From contig OZ037765.1 of NCBI GenBank assembly GCA_964035545.1, positions 22,381,504-22,445,503 of the forward strand: DNA of 64,000 nucleotides, given 5' to 3'. This document shows positions 14,901 to 26,300 of this stretch, one piece after another; within the stretch, counting starts at the first letter, position 1, and every line of letters starts with the position of its first letter. The translations under genes and the position numbers were made by a program. Source of the DNA: Bugula neritina (lineage: Eukaryota > Animalia > Bryozoa). Below the pieces are notes generated by a model. The model did not search any database, was not told where the DNA came from, and worked only from the letters and a program-made list of their open reading frames with translations.

Positions 14901-17900
14901 CCATCAAATGGAGAATACTTCAATGGTAGAAATGAAATGGTAACCCAATGAGTAATGCAGTAAAATTTCATATCTGTGAATGGATTTTACAATTAATAAA
15001 ACGTGACAGGTAAAAATATATTTGCTATTATTAGAATATGTTTTGTCACAAATAAAGTAAGTGTGAAGAAGTAACAAAAAATTAAGCTTTTTATTAAGAA
15101 AAATGTGCGCGCACTCCATTTAACATTTTAATTAATTAGTACAATCCTGGATAAATGTAAAACAGCATAGGGGGTGTTCACCATACTATTTGCATGGATG
15201 TAGTTGATCAGCTCAATAACTAAAAGGTTTACAGACTTTGAAACTGATGTAAGACAATTTTATTAAAGAAATTCAACGTTTACAACCCCTGTTACAGTAA
15301 CACAATGAACCTTTCACATGTTTACAGAAAAATGCCATTACAATAACAACAGGAACAAAATACTGATCAATCTCAACAGAATCATACTGGAAGAGTCATT
15401 TCCTAAATAAACAGACGCCATTTGATACCTGACTTGTTAGCTGCTAGGGTATTGGTGACATAACACTCAGTATAAACTGTGAGAGCTACAAAGGTGTAGC
15501 ACAATGCACACGTTACCTGGTGTATGTATGGAATAGTGAAAGGTCCTGGCTCCGTTAGCTCACCAAACAATGTAGTGTATTCAGTGAGAAATTTACACAC
15601 TATTTCATTTGTTATACCTTGATCTCTAAGACCCTCTATACCAGCTGAACACCTGTGAAAGGAAAATGACTTTATATTACATCATAACCTGTATGTGCAA
15701 AATGAGCAGCACATTGTGGCAGTATGATCTTAACCAGTCTAACTATAAAGTGTCTATGCAGAGCCACATATAACATGGCGAGAGATGTGGACCATTAAAT
15801 CTGCCAGAATTAAAGAAAGGTATAAGAAAAATTAATTTGTATTACTTTAGCATTATGACTATTTTAAAAAATATGCTTCAACGATAAGCCAACTACATGA
15901 ATTGCTGAATTTCTAACATTCATGACTGAAATCATACTGTAGGTAATGCTTTGAAAAGACTAGAATGGAAATATTGCAGTCAGTGCCAAGTGTAGCATCG
16001 TAATAAGGTCAACACAACAAGTTCACTGAAGAATCAACTTCTAATAGCAGTAATAAAAAATCAATATGAGAACATCATTGAAACACAAGTTGAAAGGCTT
16101 GAGAAATATCTTAAGTGGAGTAATAAAAATCCTTACATAAATTAAAAGGGTGACCAAACTATAGCGAATCATTACACAAAACTTGTACAAGCAACTACTA
16201 CGCAATGCTGTATTAATATCTACTAAATCATTTCTACAAGAGTATACTTAATCAAGAAAAAACAGCAATACTTTGAAAATAATCAATGGGGTCTTTATGA
16301 TTCCATAGAGTATAAGGTCATATTGTATAACTACTGCAGGCCCTTGATAGAATGTGAACTAGCACAGCTAGCATAGTACTTGTTACTATCACTGTGATGA
16401 ATCAACAAACCTGAATAAGTTAGGTCCAAAGACAATAGCTAAACCCATCGAAGACATTTTATTACTCTCTTTGGCAGCTACATCCACCAGAAATCTATGA
16501 AATATTAATATTGACAGTTGGCTACATGAGCAATGTGATCTACTGGCATAGAGTGGATGAGTGAGTAATCATTAGTATTGATCAATGGGCTGGGATGCCA
16601 TCATAGAGCGAATACAGCAATTCATATGCATGTATCTACATAAACTGTATGCATAAAACATTTATAAAGTTGGCACAATAGTACTGCGGTATATGAATAA
16701 TTATTCAAATAAAATTAAGCGAACTAAAAATAAATACGATGTAACTGAGTATCACTCACTCAACAACAGTAATAAGTAATAATATTCAAGGATATTGAAT
16801 TTTGGTTGATGTATTTTTACCAGGACACAGCCCAAATAGCGCCAGGGTAGACTAAACAATTATTTAATAATAATAGATTGAAAAAACTTTAAAAATGGCA
16901 GCAATTTATAAAGCAGTTGTTATGAATCTAAAAGCTGGAACTAGAAGAACTTTACAAGTGTAAAGAAAAACAAGATGAGTCATAATATTATAATGATGAA
17001 CTGTTAGCTTACATTTGGATTAACCTGTTAGGATTGTTACATGTCACCCTATTGGTAATAAACTGTTTACTTCATAATGACGCGACCTGCTTGCATATAT
17101 CCTACTAAGCAGACCCTCATTCTATGTGAAAACTATAAACAGTTCTAAACTTACCTGATAGTATATTTTAACAAATCATAATGACATGGAGGCAGATCTT
17201 CAAGGAGTAACTTCAGTTGTTTAATATATTCTACTTTGTCCTGTTTATAGACTACAATGTATATGAGTAACACATATACATGATAGCCTAGCTTGGTTTC
17301 ATCCTAATAACACTCAGTAAAATGCAGTAATAATACACAACATACAGTAAATAATGCCCTCAACTGAAGTTTTATCTAGATATGAAGATATGAATAATTA
17401 TTCAATTTAAAAAATGAATATTTCTGATGAAAATTCCAGAAAACACGAAAAAAAGCAACGAGATTTTGCCCTAGTTTATTATTAGTAAGAAAAACTAACA
17501 CCTTTAGGCTTTTCTGAAAGCTGATAAACCTGTTCAAATTGTTTAGTTTAATTTGAATGCAGTACAAATTTAATTGAACATGTGGTCAGATGATTGCTAT
17601 TAGACAAATGCATATGATTTAATTGGCGCAAAATTATACTATATTTTAATTTGTTTCTTGGTTCAGTTGTATGTAGTGTGCTTCACACTCAAGACTGCAC
17701 AAGTTCTAATAAACTATGTCACAACTCCGGCTAACCTTGTTGACATTTGACAAAGTGGCTGGTCATGTGTTCAGGTACAACTGCTTCAGGTAACTCTCTT
17801 AGGAAAAGTTTGAGCAAGCCAGCCACAGCAAAAATGTCTTCCGCTGACTCCAAATCAGCATCACCGTGTTTCTCAAAACAGTCTTTCAACTTCTCCACAA

Positions 17901-18263
17901 CCCTAGAGTTACCATTCACCCTGAAGATGCCTTCCTCTTCTATCCCTGTACACAACCCTCAAGCCTTAACAGCTATTATACGACTACCAAAATGAGTTAT
18001 ATAAAAGCAAATGAGAAATATCTAGCTCTCCACTGCAACTGCAACTCACCATTGGCAAATATAAAGCGACAAATTCTATCCACAATGAATGGAACATTGG
18101 GAGATTTAAAATCCTGGCCGTCATTCTCTAACAGACTTGTTTGAGCTTGTGATTGAGACTTAATTTGTTCTTCTAAGGATACTCCGAATATTTTACGAGT
18201 AGATATTCCATTTTTTCTTTTTCCCAGAGGGGAATTGAGCACTTGTTTGATTCTTTCCATCAT
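2942..18263 (-). CDS. FAM13A: FAM13-family protein (N-terminal RhoGAP domain, C-terminal FAM13 helical/coiled-coil region), 19 coding exons, about 958 aa
   Basis: Exons in transcript order, all GT-AG and phase-consistent: 18263-18050, 17945-17736, 17251-17155, 16494-16411, 15652-15517, 12848-12774, 12571-12432, 12248-11924, 11828-11752, 11126-10961, 10618-10417, 9908-9687, 9473-9333, 7882-7680, 5309-5226, 5028-4927, 4583-4396, 3831-3675, 2995-2942 (TAA); 2877 nt in total. RhoGAP motifs: KIFGVSL, PFIVDRIC, EEGIFRVNGN (arginine finger), VAGLLKLFLRELPE, NKMSSMGLAIVFGPNLFR. FAM13 signatures: LKKKVRAFEESFETEHGHKPS, EEKLAVQKALLHFESIHGRP, MRPLYDRYRQIKK, KKLRKLLRDFEDEF, YQEYKQIKARIKLLEVLLSK. The symbol marks the family; orthology to vertebrate A, B or C is not resolved. 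Confidence 0.93.
15517..18200 (-). other. RhoGAP domain-coding region of the FAM13 gene (exons 1-5)
   Basis: Spliced translation gives FGVSL...GIFRVNGN...LLKLFLRELPEAVVP...LPPCHYDLLKYTIRFLVDVAAKESNKMSSMGLAIVFGPNLFR. The catalytic Arg is present. Confidence 0.92.
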
Positions 18264-20033
18264 GTTAAAGCTATCTGGTGACTATGTATGAAAAAATTTC
18301 TCAATGCCACAGCACATCATGTAGTACACTCAATGTTTCCCTTAAAGCAAGAGAGATGGTAAATGTATCAGCTGCAAAATAAAATACAAAATACTCTATT
18401 GAAACTAGCCAGCTGAAAGCAGTTAGAAAATAAACACGACTGTATAAACTTACAGCTTTGCAACTAGGCCAAAAGAAGATTAAAATAATTTCATGTAAGT
18501 ATAGTCACAAATATACTCAAGGGAGCTTGTATAATGTGAAGGGTTATATGTCAATGCTGACTTCAATCAAACTAAACTTGTTACAGTTTACAATTCCAAA
18601 GAATAAGCTGACAAACCAATTGGAGCAAATGGCGCTGTAATGTATAAGACAGATGTTGATGAGCTAGCAAAGTTAAAGATTGGAGAGATATGTCAGAAAA
18701 AGTAATTTGTAGTCAAATTAAAACAAAGTGCAATTTTTAACTATGCCTAATTTAGAAAGGTTATCTTTACTGTAACACTAATGGAATCTCAATAATAAAA
18801 TAGTTATCCTTTATCTTAAGGCACATTTTTTAAACATCAAATTATAACCTTAACAATGGTCATTATGAACTAGTAGCAATATATAACAAATAACATGTTT
18901 AATTTTATTTGATTGCAATGCCATAGGCAAAATGATAATCAAAATATCAACTTTACTTACTAGAATGATAGTGGCTTTTAAATATCACTACTATGAAAAT
19001 TTATTTTAAATAACAAACGGCACCATGACAGACTTATGACTATGATAAAAATAATTATGTTATTGGTCATCATTGCACATTGATTTACTTTTAGTCAAAC
19101 CTTAATTTTTGTATTTAGATACACTTTGATTTATTTGTATTGAATCATTCTCATTGTAAAAGCCAGAATAATAATTTTATAGTTACTGTTAGTGTTATGC
19201 AATTATACTAAATTTTCAGTTATTTTACTCTTATAGTTAATATAATTATAATAGTTTAAGTTACAATAATTATTATTGGATTTAGTTAATCATTTTTAGT
19301 TTTACTCAGTCTTATTCAGTATAATTCATAATATATTAATAGGATGAGTACTACTATTAGTATTATTATAATTATGGTCTATAACTAATTCATTTATTAC
19401 TTAAAGTTATTAGTTATTAATAACACTTAAGGTTATTCTTATACTTAATCTTATAGTTATTACTTATTACATTTACTTATAAAATTGTATAGCTACACTT
19501 ATAATTATAATTATTACTATATAATAGAGTCATCAATCTTATTACTTATTAGTTATTAGGTTATACTTGAACTTTTAAGTTGATTTAAATCTTTATTTTA
19601 TAGTTAAAGTTATACTAAAAGTAAAAGTAAAAAAGTAAATCTTAAAGTTATTAATATTACTATTACTATTAGTTAATGAGTGAATCTAAATCTTGTAGAT
19701 ATTAGTTATTAAGTTAGTAAATTTAGCTTAGGCTTATGGCTATTATTATTAATAATATAATTACTATTAGTATTACTATTAATAATAGTATTACCATTAG
19801 CATTAGACTTACAAGTTACTCTTACTCTTAGTCTTAGTATTTGACTATTTCAAATTTTCATATTTGAATTTCTGCTTGAAACATACAAATCTAAAACCAA
19901 TCACTTCGTAGTATTAATTGGTCTTTTTACCAAATTTACTATTGAAAATTTTTTACTCAATGCTAAACAAAAATTTAAGAACAAATATATATAGTTCCCA
20001 AGCTATTATTATAAGTTAAATTAAATGATTTAC

Positions 20034-20335
20034 TGGTTTCTAGCAACGCACTTCAGCCATATTGTTTAACAGTGTATCCTAATTGTGGCGCTTGCGCATT
20101 AAGCGGTTCTGTTTAGTTCGTGAACTTACTCACAAAATACTGATTTTTGACAACTACGAGTCGTGCACGGTACTGTGAATCGTTTGTGCGTTCAGAAATT
20201 AGGCAATTAATCTATTTCTAATCAGTTCACTGATGCTGTCCGACTAGAGCACAACACTTTTTAATGTGACTACTTGTATTGGATAACAAATGAGATTATT
20301 CAAGCATTTAGGCAGCTAAATACTTTCTACGTGCC
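20034..20335. promoter_or_regulatory. Putative bidirectional promoter between FAM13 (minus) and the MPRIP-like gene (plus)
   Basis: Short CpG-containing island in CpG-poor DNA. It contains an NRF1-like GCGCTTGCGCA (20088-20098), a YY1-like CAATATGGCTG on minus (20054-20064) and an RFX X-box-like GTTTCTAGCAAC (20036-20047). A minus-strand donor GTAAAT at 20033 fits a non-coding first exon of FAM13. The MPRIP-like ATG is at 20336. Confidence 0.6.
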
Positions 20336-23300
20336 ATGGCGTCTCGCTGCCGAAAGTTTGTTCCAAATTTGTTTAACAAAACAAAATGCCAAAGCTGTTT
20401 TGGTGCAAAAGAATCTCATTCTGCAGAAGCACTGGAATCGAGTAAAGTAAGTTGAAATGGATAGACTATGTTTTGCTTCAAAAGTTACTGTTTGGTGACA
20501 TAAATGTGCAATAATTGATCAAAATTTGGTGTTTTGTAATGGATGAATAAGACGTTTTTTTTTCAAACTTAATATAATTATATGAATTTACATGCTAATT
20601 CAAATTGCCAGTGGTGAGTGGTGGTCACGCTGGAAGTGGAACACCTTGACCTATGGCAACCCCATCAATATGACTCTGTATTACTATTACTTACACTAAT
20701 AGTATTAGTATAAGTATTGCCATCACTATGAATCTGTCTATCGGTGTATTACTGTAACTATTAGTTACAGTAAAACTAAATTTCATGTGAATATTCGTAT
20801 TTGGTATTTATAATTAATAATTATATTATTATTAATATATAACTATATAATTATCAAATATAATATACAATTATAAAATTAAATATAATGAATATTTATA
20901 TAAAATTAGTAATAGTTGTAAGTATAGTTAATACTTAAAGTTAATAGTATAAGTTGAAGCTTATTTAATTTTATACTGTTGCTGATAGTTATACTTATAG
21001 ACTTATAAATTTAATGCTACTAGTTTTAGTACCAGTTGCACTTATACTTATAGTGCAACTAATAGGTAATAGACAAAGTCATTACTGTTAGCCTTTGGTG
21101 ATAGAGTAATGCTAATTTAGTTATTCATTTATATTCATGGCATTATAATTCTATAAGTTGACATTGGGCTAATGATATTGATTAGGCTTAATCAACAGTA
21201 AAATGTAAATTTTTTTAGTTATCATTATGATTATGTGGTTGGTCTACATCAAAACTAATAGTAATACTACTACTAGTATATATAGAGTGCAACTATAAAC
21301 ATATATGATACCTATAACTGCAAAATTTTTAATCTAAATTTGAATTTCTAGTAATGGGAAAGCTAATACATAGTTATACCCATGCTTAGATATTTAATAA
21401 GCTTATATATATATGTAATCTTTGACCTTAGGTTCATGAGTTCAATATTTTGTGAAATAATGATTTTATCACTATAATATAATTGATTGGGCTCAACTTT
21501 ACTCACTTTAGTTTATTATTAATGCTATGAAGGCCAGGGTTCTTATATTTGCTAACATAACTGCAACCATTCGCATTAGATTTTGTACGAGTGTTATAAA
21601 ATCTTATCGATAAAAGCTGAAAGGATGACTGTTGTTTGATTCTGATCACTGATCCATATTGCTGTTTCAATCAGAAGAAATATGTTTGAATTCTTACACC
21701 CATTGACTTATAATCATACTAATTTTATAGCAGTAGTGCTGGTAAAGTTTTACAGCAACTGTTTATTGAAGTATTATTTTGATTTTAGTAGCTAATAGCT
21801 AGTGGCATAAATGAGGTTTGTTTTCACTCTAGACTCCTTTCAGATGACTTCAATTTGTGTTCAACCATTTTAAAAGAAGGTGCTTGCTTTGCTGGAAGTT
21901 GATTCACTTCATTGAGGAATTTTAACCTCACTCAGTTTTCTGTGCAATTAAATATTATTCTTATTGTTTAGTGTGAAACAAATTAAACAACTTTTCATCC
22001 TTCTCTATTGAAAGGACACTGGCACAATTATGTTCAGTACATTTAGCCTGTTGGCCAGCTTAGAGACAACAAGGAAAATTATTCTTTTAAACTTTAAACT
22101 ATAATATGGACGAAGTGTTTATATACTAATGATTTTAGTTTAAATTAGATTTTCGCTGGAAAGCTACAATTTGAAGTAGCTTCTATGCGTGGGAAGACTG
22201 TGGAGATGTGTAATTTTTAATCATTCTATTCTACAGAGTTTTTTCTAGTCTAAAGTGACAGATTTGTATAATATGTGCTTATAGCTTTATTCACTCTACT
22301 TTTAGGCTGCAAGAAAAATATCCAAATGTGCCTATTTATTTGTTTCCCCAGACTTGGATTTTAGTAACCCTCTTCAAAGAACAAAGGTAATACATAGTTT
22401 TGTGTCTTTTCGATGAAGTAATAACAGTTTAGAGCTGGAAGCATGCTAGGGTTTGAGAATGCATTTGCCCACAAAACCTGTCATTTTTCAAATATTTGTC
22501 ATTACTTTTGCTTGTTACCACTGCAATAAGGCAAAGTAAGGACTATTTTATTGTAATACCAGTGAAACTTATCAAATGCTTCTTTGAAATGTTAATTCTG
22601 GTTTTGTGTAATTACAGAGGTGGCAAAGACGCTTCTTTATTTTGTATGATGATGGTGAACTGACTTATTCAGTGGATGATAATGTAAGTCCATTATTCTT
22701 GTTTGACAGGATCAGTATATTAACTGATATTTTGCCTTTGCCTTGGTAAAGCAAGCTAATCCCCAACTTCTATTAATTGTGTAAATATTTTGAGCATGAT
22801 TTGTTGAAGTTACGCAAGTTAAATTCGGATGTCAGATAGGTTACCTATGATAAATGATACTAGCATACCGCCAGGTAGTTCAAGTGGAACATTAATGTTT
22901 GTTTGAAAGTGTTTTGATTCATTATTTACTTAATCTAGAGATTTCAAGTCAGATAAGTCCCCATTCTAGAGGGTAGGCTTCTGCAGTTAGGACATTGAAT
23001 TTCATTGGGTGAACTGCACTATGGGGCACAGATTAAACATTCTACTGGGAGATAATCACTTAAATTACTTCTAGTATCTTTTGTATTTGGTTAGGATAAT
23101 GCCTAGGAAACTATGATAAGCTTTCTTTAGTAAAATATTATTGCTACGATAATTTGAACTGTGGCAACAATTACATTTGTTTGGGCACCATTTGTGGTGG
23201 TAATTGAAGAATATTCCAGTGACATGGATATCGGTATTTTAATGTGTGCTAGATACAGTGGCAATGACTACATAACTAGAAATTAATAGCAACTAGAATT

Positions 23301-26300
23301 ATGTCATGTTTTTTGAAAAGGTAAAAGTAATAGACATTTGGATTTGGGTAAACAATCTTTCTATTATCTTTGCACATGACCACTGGAACTCATAAATCTA
23401 CATAGGATGAAGTTTGTTAGCCGTGTCTAAATGTGGATATAATGATGTATAACTAGTCTCCCTTTTCGGGATGTACCAAGAGGTACCTGGGAACATTTTG
23501 TCATTGGGGAGGGACTGAAAAGGTAGCTGACATATGCAGGCTCATTGCCAGTCTACCAGCACTGGGTATTTCAGTGAAAGTACTTTGAATTGCCAAATAT
23601 AAGAGTGCAACTTACATTTGCCTTTATTTAACATAATATGTAGTTTAACGCATATTGTCTCCCTTTGCCTTGCTAGCTACGGAATGCACCAACCTCAGAA
23701 CCAAACCTGTGGTGGAGGTGATTCATCTTAGACAGATTGATTGATAGTTCAATTTTTAAAGACAGAAATTCCTTATTTGAAAAAAAAACTTAAAACTCCT
23801 TTGATAGTGACTAGGAAAATAATTCTGAGAAACGGTCTTTTGTGAGTTTTTTTGCTATTTTGAATAAGATGAACACCCTAAACATGAACTGTTCTTTTTA
23901 AGGGAACTCCTTGTTTGTTGCAGCCCAGCACCATACCTCAGGGCTCTGTAGACATGAACAAATGTAATGATGTGTTTGATGCTGAAGAAAAGACTGGACA
24001 CGAGTACTCCATAGGAATATCTGTTCCCAACAAACCAACATCTTACGTGAAGGGTACCAGCAGAGATGAAATACGGAGGTAAATACACCTTTATAACCCG
24101 CCAGTTTTGCTACTGATATGAAGTTTACTTGTTGCCTGTCACTATTTATACGTTAAGTTTATAAAAATGAGGCTTAAATCTAGTAGCATCATCAGGTTTT
24201 GTAATATTTCACTGCACTTACTCATCATGCACTATGACTGTATGTATACTACTCACACTGACAGTGTGTATGTAAAGTTTCTATGACCGTATAATGTATA
24301 TTTCTCTGCTGTAATAATTTGTGTAAGCTATAATCAACCATGTGTTTAGTAAATAAATATAGCCTCTAAACATTCACTTTTCTTTACTAAATGAATAACT
24401 GCTGCAATCTCCTGGTAATATAATGGAAACTCTACTCATTGTAGATGGTTCGATGTGTTGGTCATGTATCCCAGGAGTCTCACTATTAAAACCAAAAGAA
24501 GTCCAGGCAGCAAAGCTGTAGGTTTTATCCACCTGTTTAGTCAGCACCCACATTAGCCGATTATATTTCCAATGATTTATGAATTATATCAGTTTTAAAA
24601 GCACAACTAAGCACTTCTGTAGCTGATCTAGCTGTATGGCTGGTTGTTGTGGGGTAGAGGACACACTTAGTAATTATTTCTAGTGGAGGGTGTGTAATGG
24701 TTGGGCCCATCCTTAACTGGAAATTCTAATTCATAACAAATTAGTAATTAATAGCATTAAGATCTATACAAGAAATAGTATTTGCCAGGAGGATGTTCCA
24801 TCTCCTACGTGGTCTTTGCTTTTATCTGATTAGCATAGCTAGAAGCACTCACAGCTGGCAAGAAATGCTAATTGTAAATATTACTATAATGGTTAATGCA
24901 GCCGTTTTCTAGTACTATTTGATCTGATGATATATCTGCACTTGATAGTTGTAATAGTTATTACGTAACTTATCTTATAAATGGATGTTCTCATCGCCAC
25001 CTACTTTACATCCAGGGACCACCCTCAAGTTCTGAGGAGTCTATGGATGAGGTGGATTACACGGTAACAAATAGAATCATCTGCTGATGCATGCCATTCA
25101 CTGTACACAAAATGTAGAAAATGTGTTTATAGATGATGCTATCTAGTGCTCGAAAATACCAATAATATAGATTATAAGGATATTACTATATTCCATTTTG
25201 AAGATATTTTCTGGTTTTTATTATTCCTTTTGCGTGTTCTCGCTTCTCCATTGATACCCCGAATCTGACTTGTGGCAGAGATTAAATGCATCCTTGCATT
25301 TACTAAATATCTCCTCTCATTGGCAGCGATGCCGAGTTATTGCATGGCTAAATTTTCTGTCAGCTCCTTAGAATTATGTCATTCGGTGTGCATCACACCA
25401 TGACCTAATTAGTATGCTCAAGAGTCAGTAATTAGCTGGATAATTTAATGTATATATTGCATGATGACTCTAGAATTAGATAACACATGACAGGCTGTCT
25501 GTACCATTCCGGCTCCTATTCGTCTGCCTGCATAATATAATGTAACACACCAGAATATATCAACTAATGCAGTGTTCCATTTGCCTTGTAGCTGGTTAAA
25601 CTCGACCTTTGTTTATGTTGAGTTTTGTCAGGTTTTTAGTTTCAAACTAGCAGTAGTTACCACTTGCTGCATGCAGTAGCTTAGTTACTGTCTATAGTCT
25701 AGATACTGGTATGGTGTTGTGAGCCATCAGCTTTTCACCCACTCTCTGGCATGTGTTTTAAACAATTCTTTGATTTGAATCACTCCAAAGCTGAATAATA
25801 ATCTTGTAAAAATTTAACATATATACAAACACTGTAAACATGCAGTTGTGAAACCCACCGTTAAAGTGAATGAGAATATGGCTTATGTATCAATCCACGA
25901 TTTTGTAGCCTAAGTAGCATCGCTATATTTAATGTAGGGTGGCATTGGTGTGGCTAGACACATGTCCTACTACCCAGCAGCTGCTGAGAAATCTGTGTCG
26001 GACGACGAAGACGCTGACAGCGTGCACAGTAAAGACAGCGGAGACACCTACGAGAGATCTTCACGGACCAGGGGGCGCTACAAACAAAGAGACATGCGAA
26101 GAAGTAAAAGTGAAGTCAGGCCAAGTGACCTTAAACTAGCTGAAGATGAGTTCAACAAAAAGCAACAACCCGGGGCTGGCAGTAAACCCACCCTTTCTCT
26201 CCCAGCAGTCACCCACAACCAGGTGTGCTATAATTTATACAGTTTGATAAATTAAGAATGACCAGGTGTGGATTAACACATGTCTAATATAGAGTAAAGA

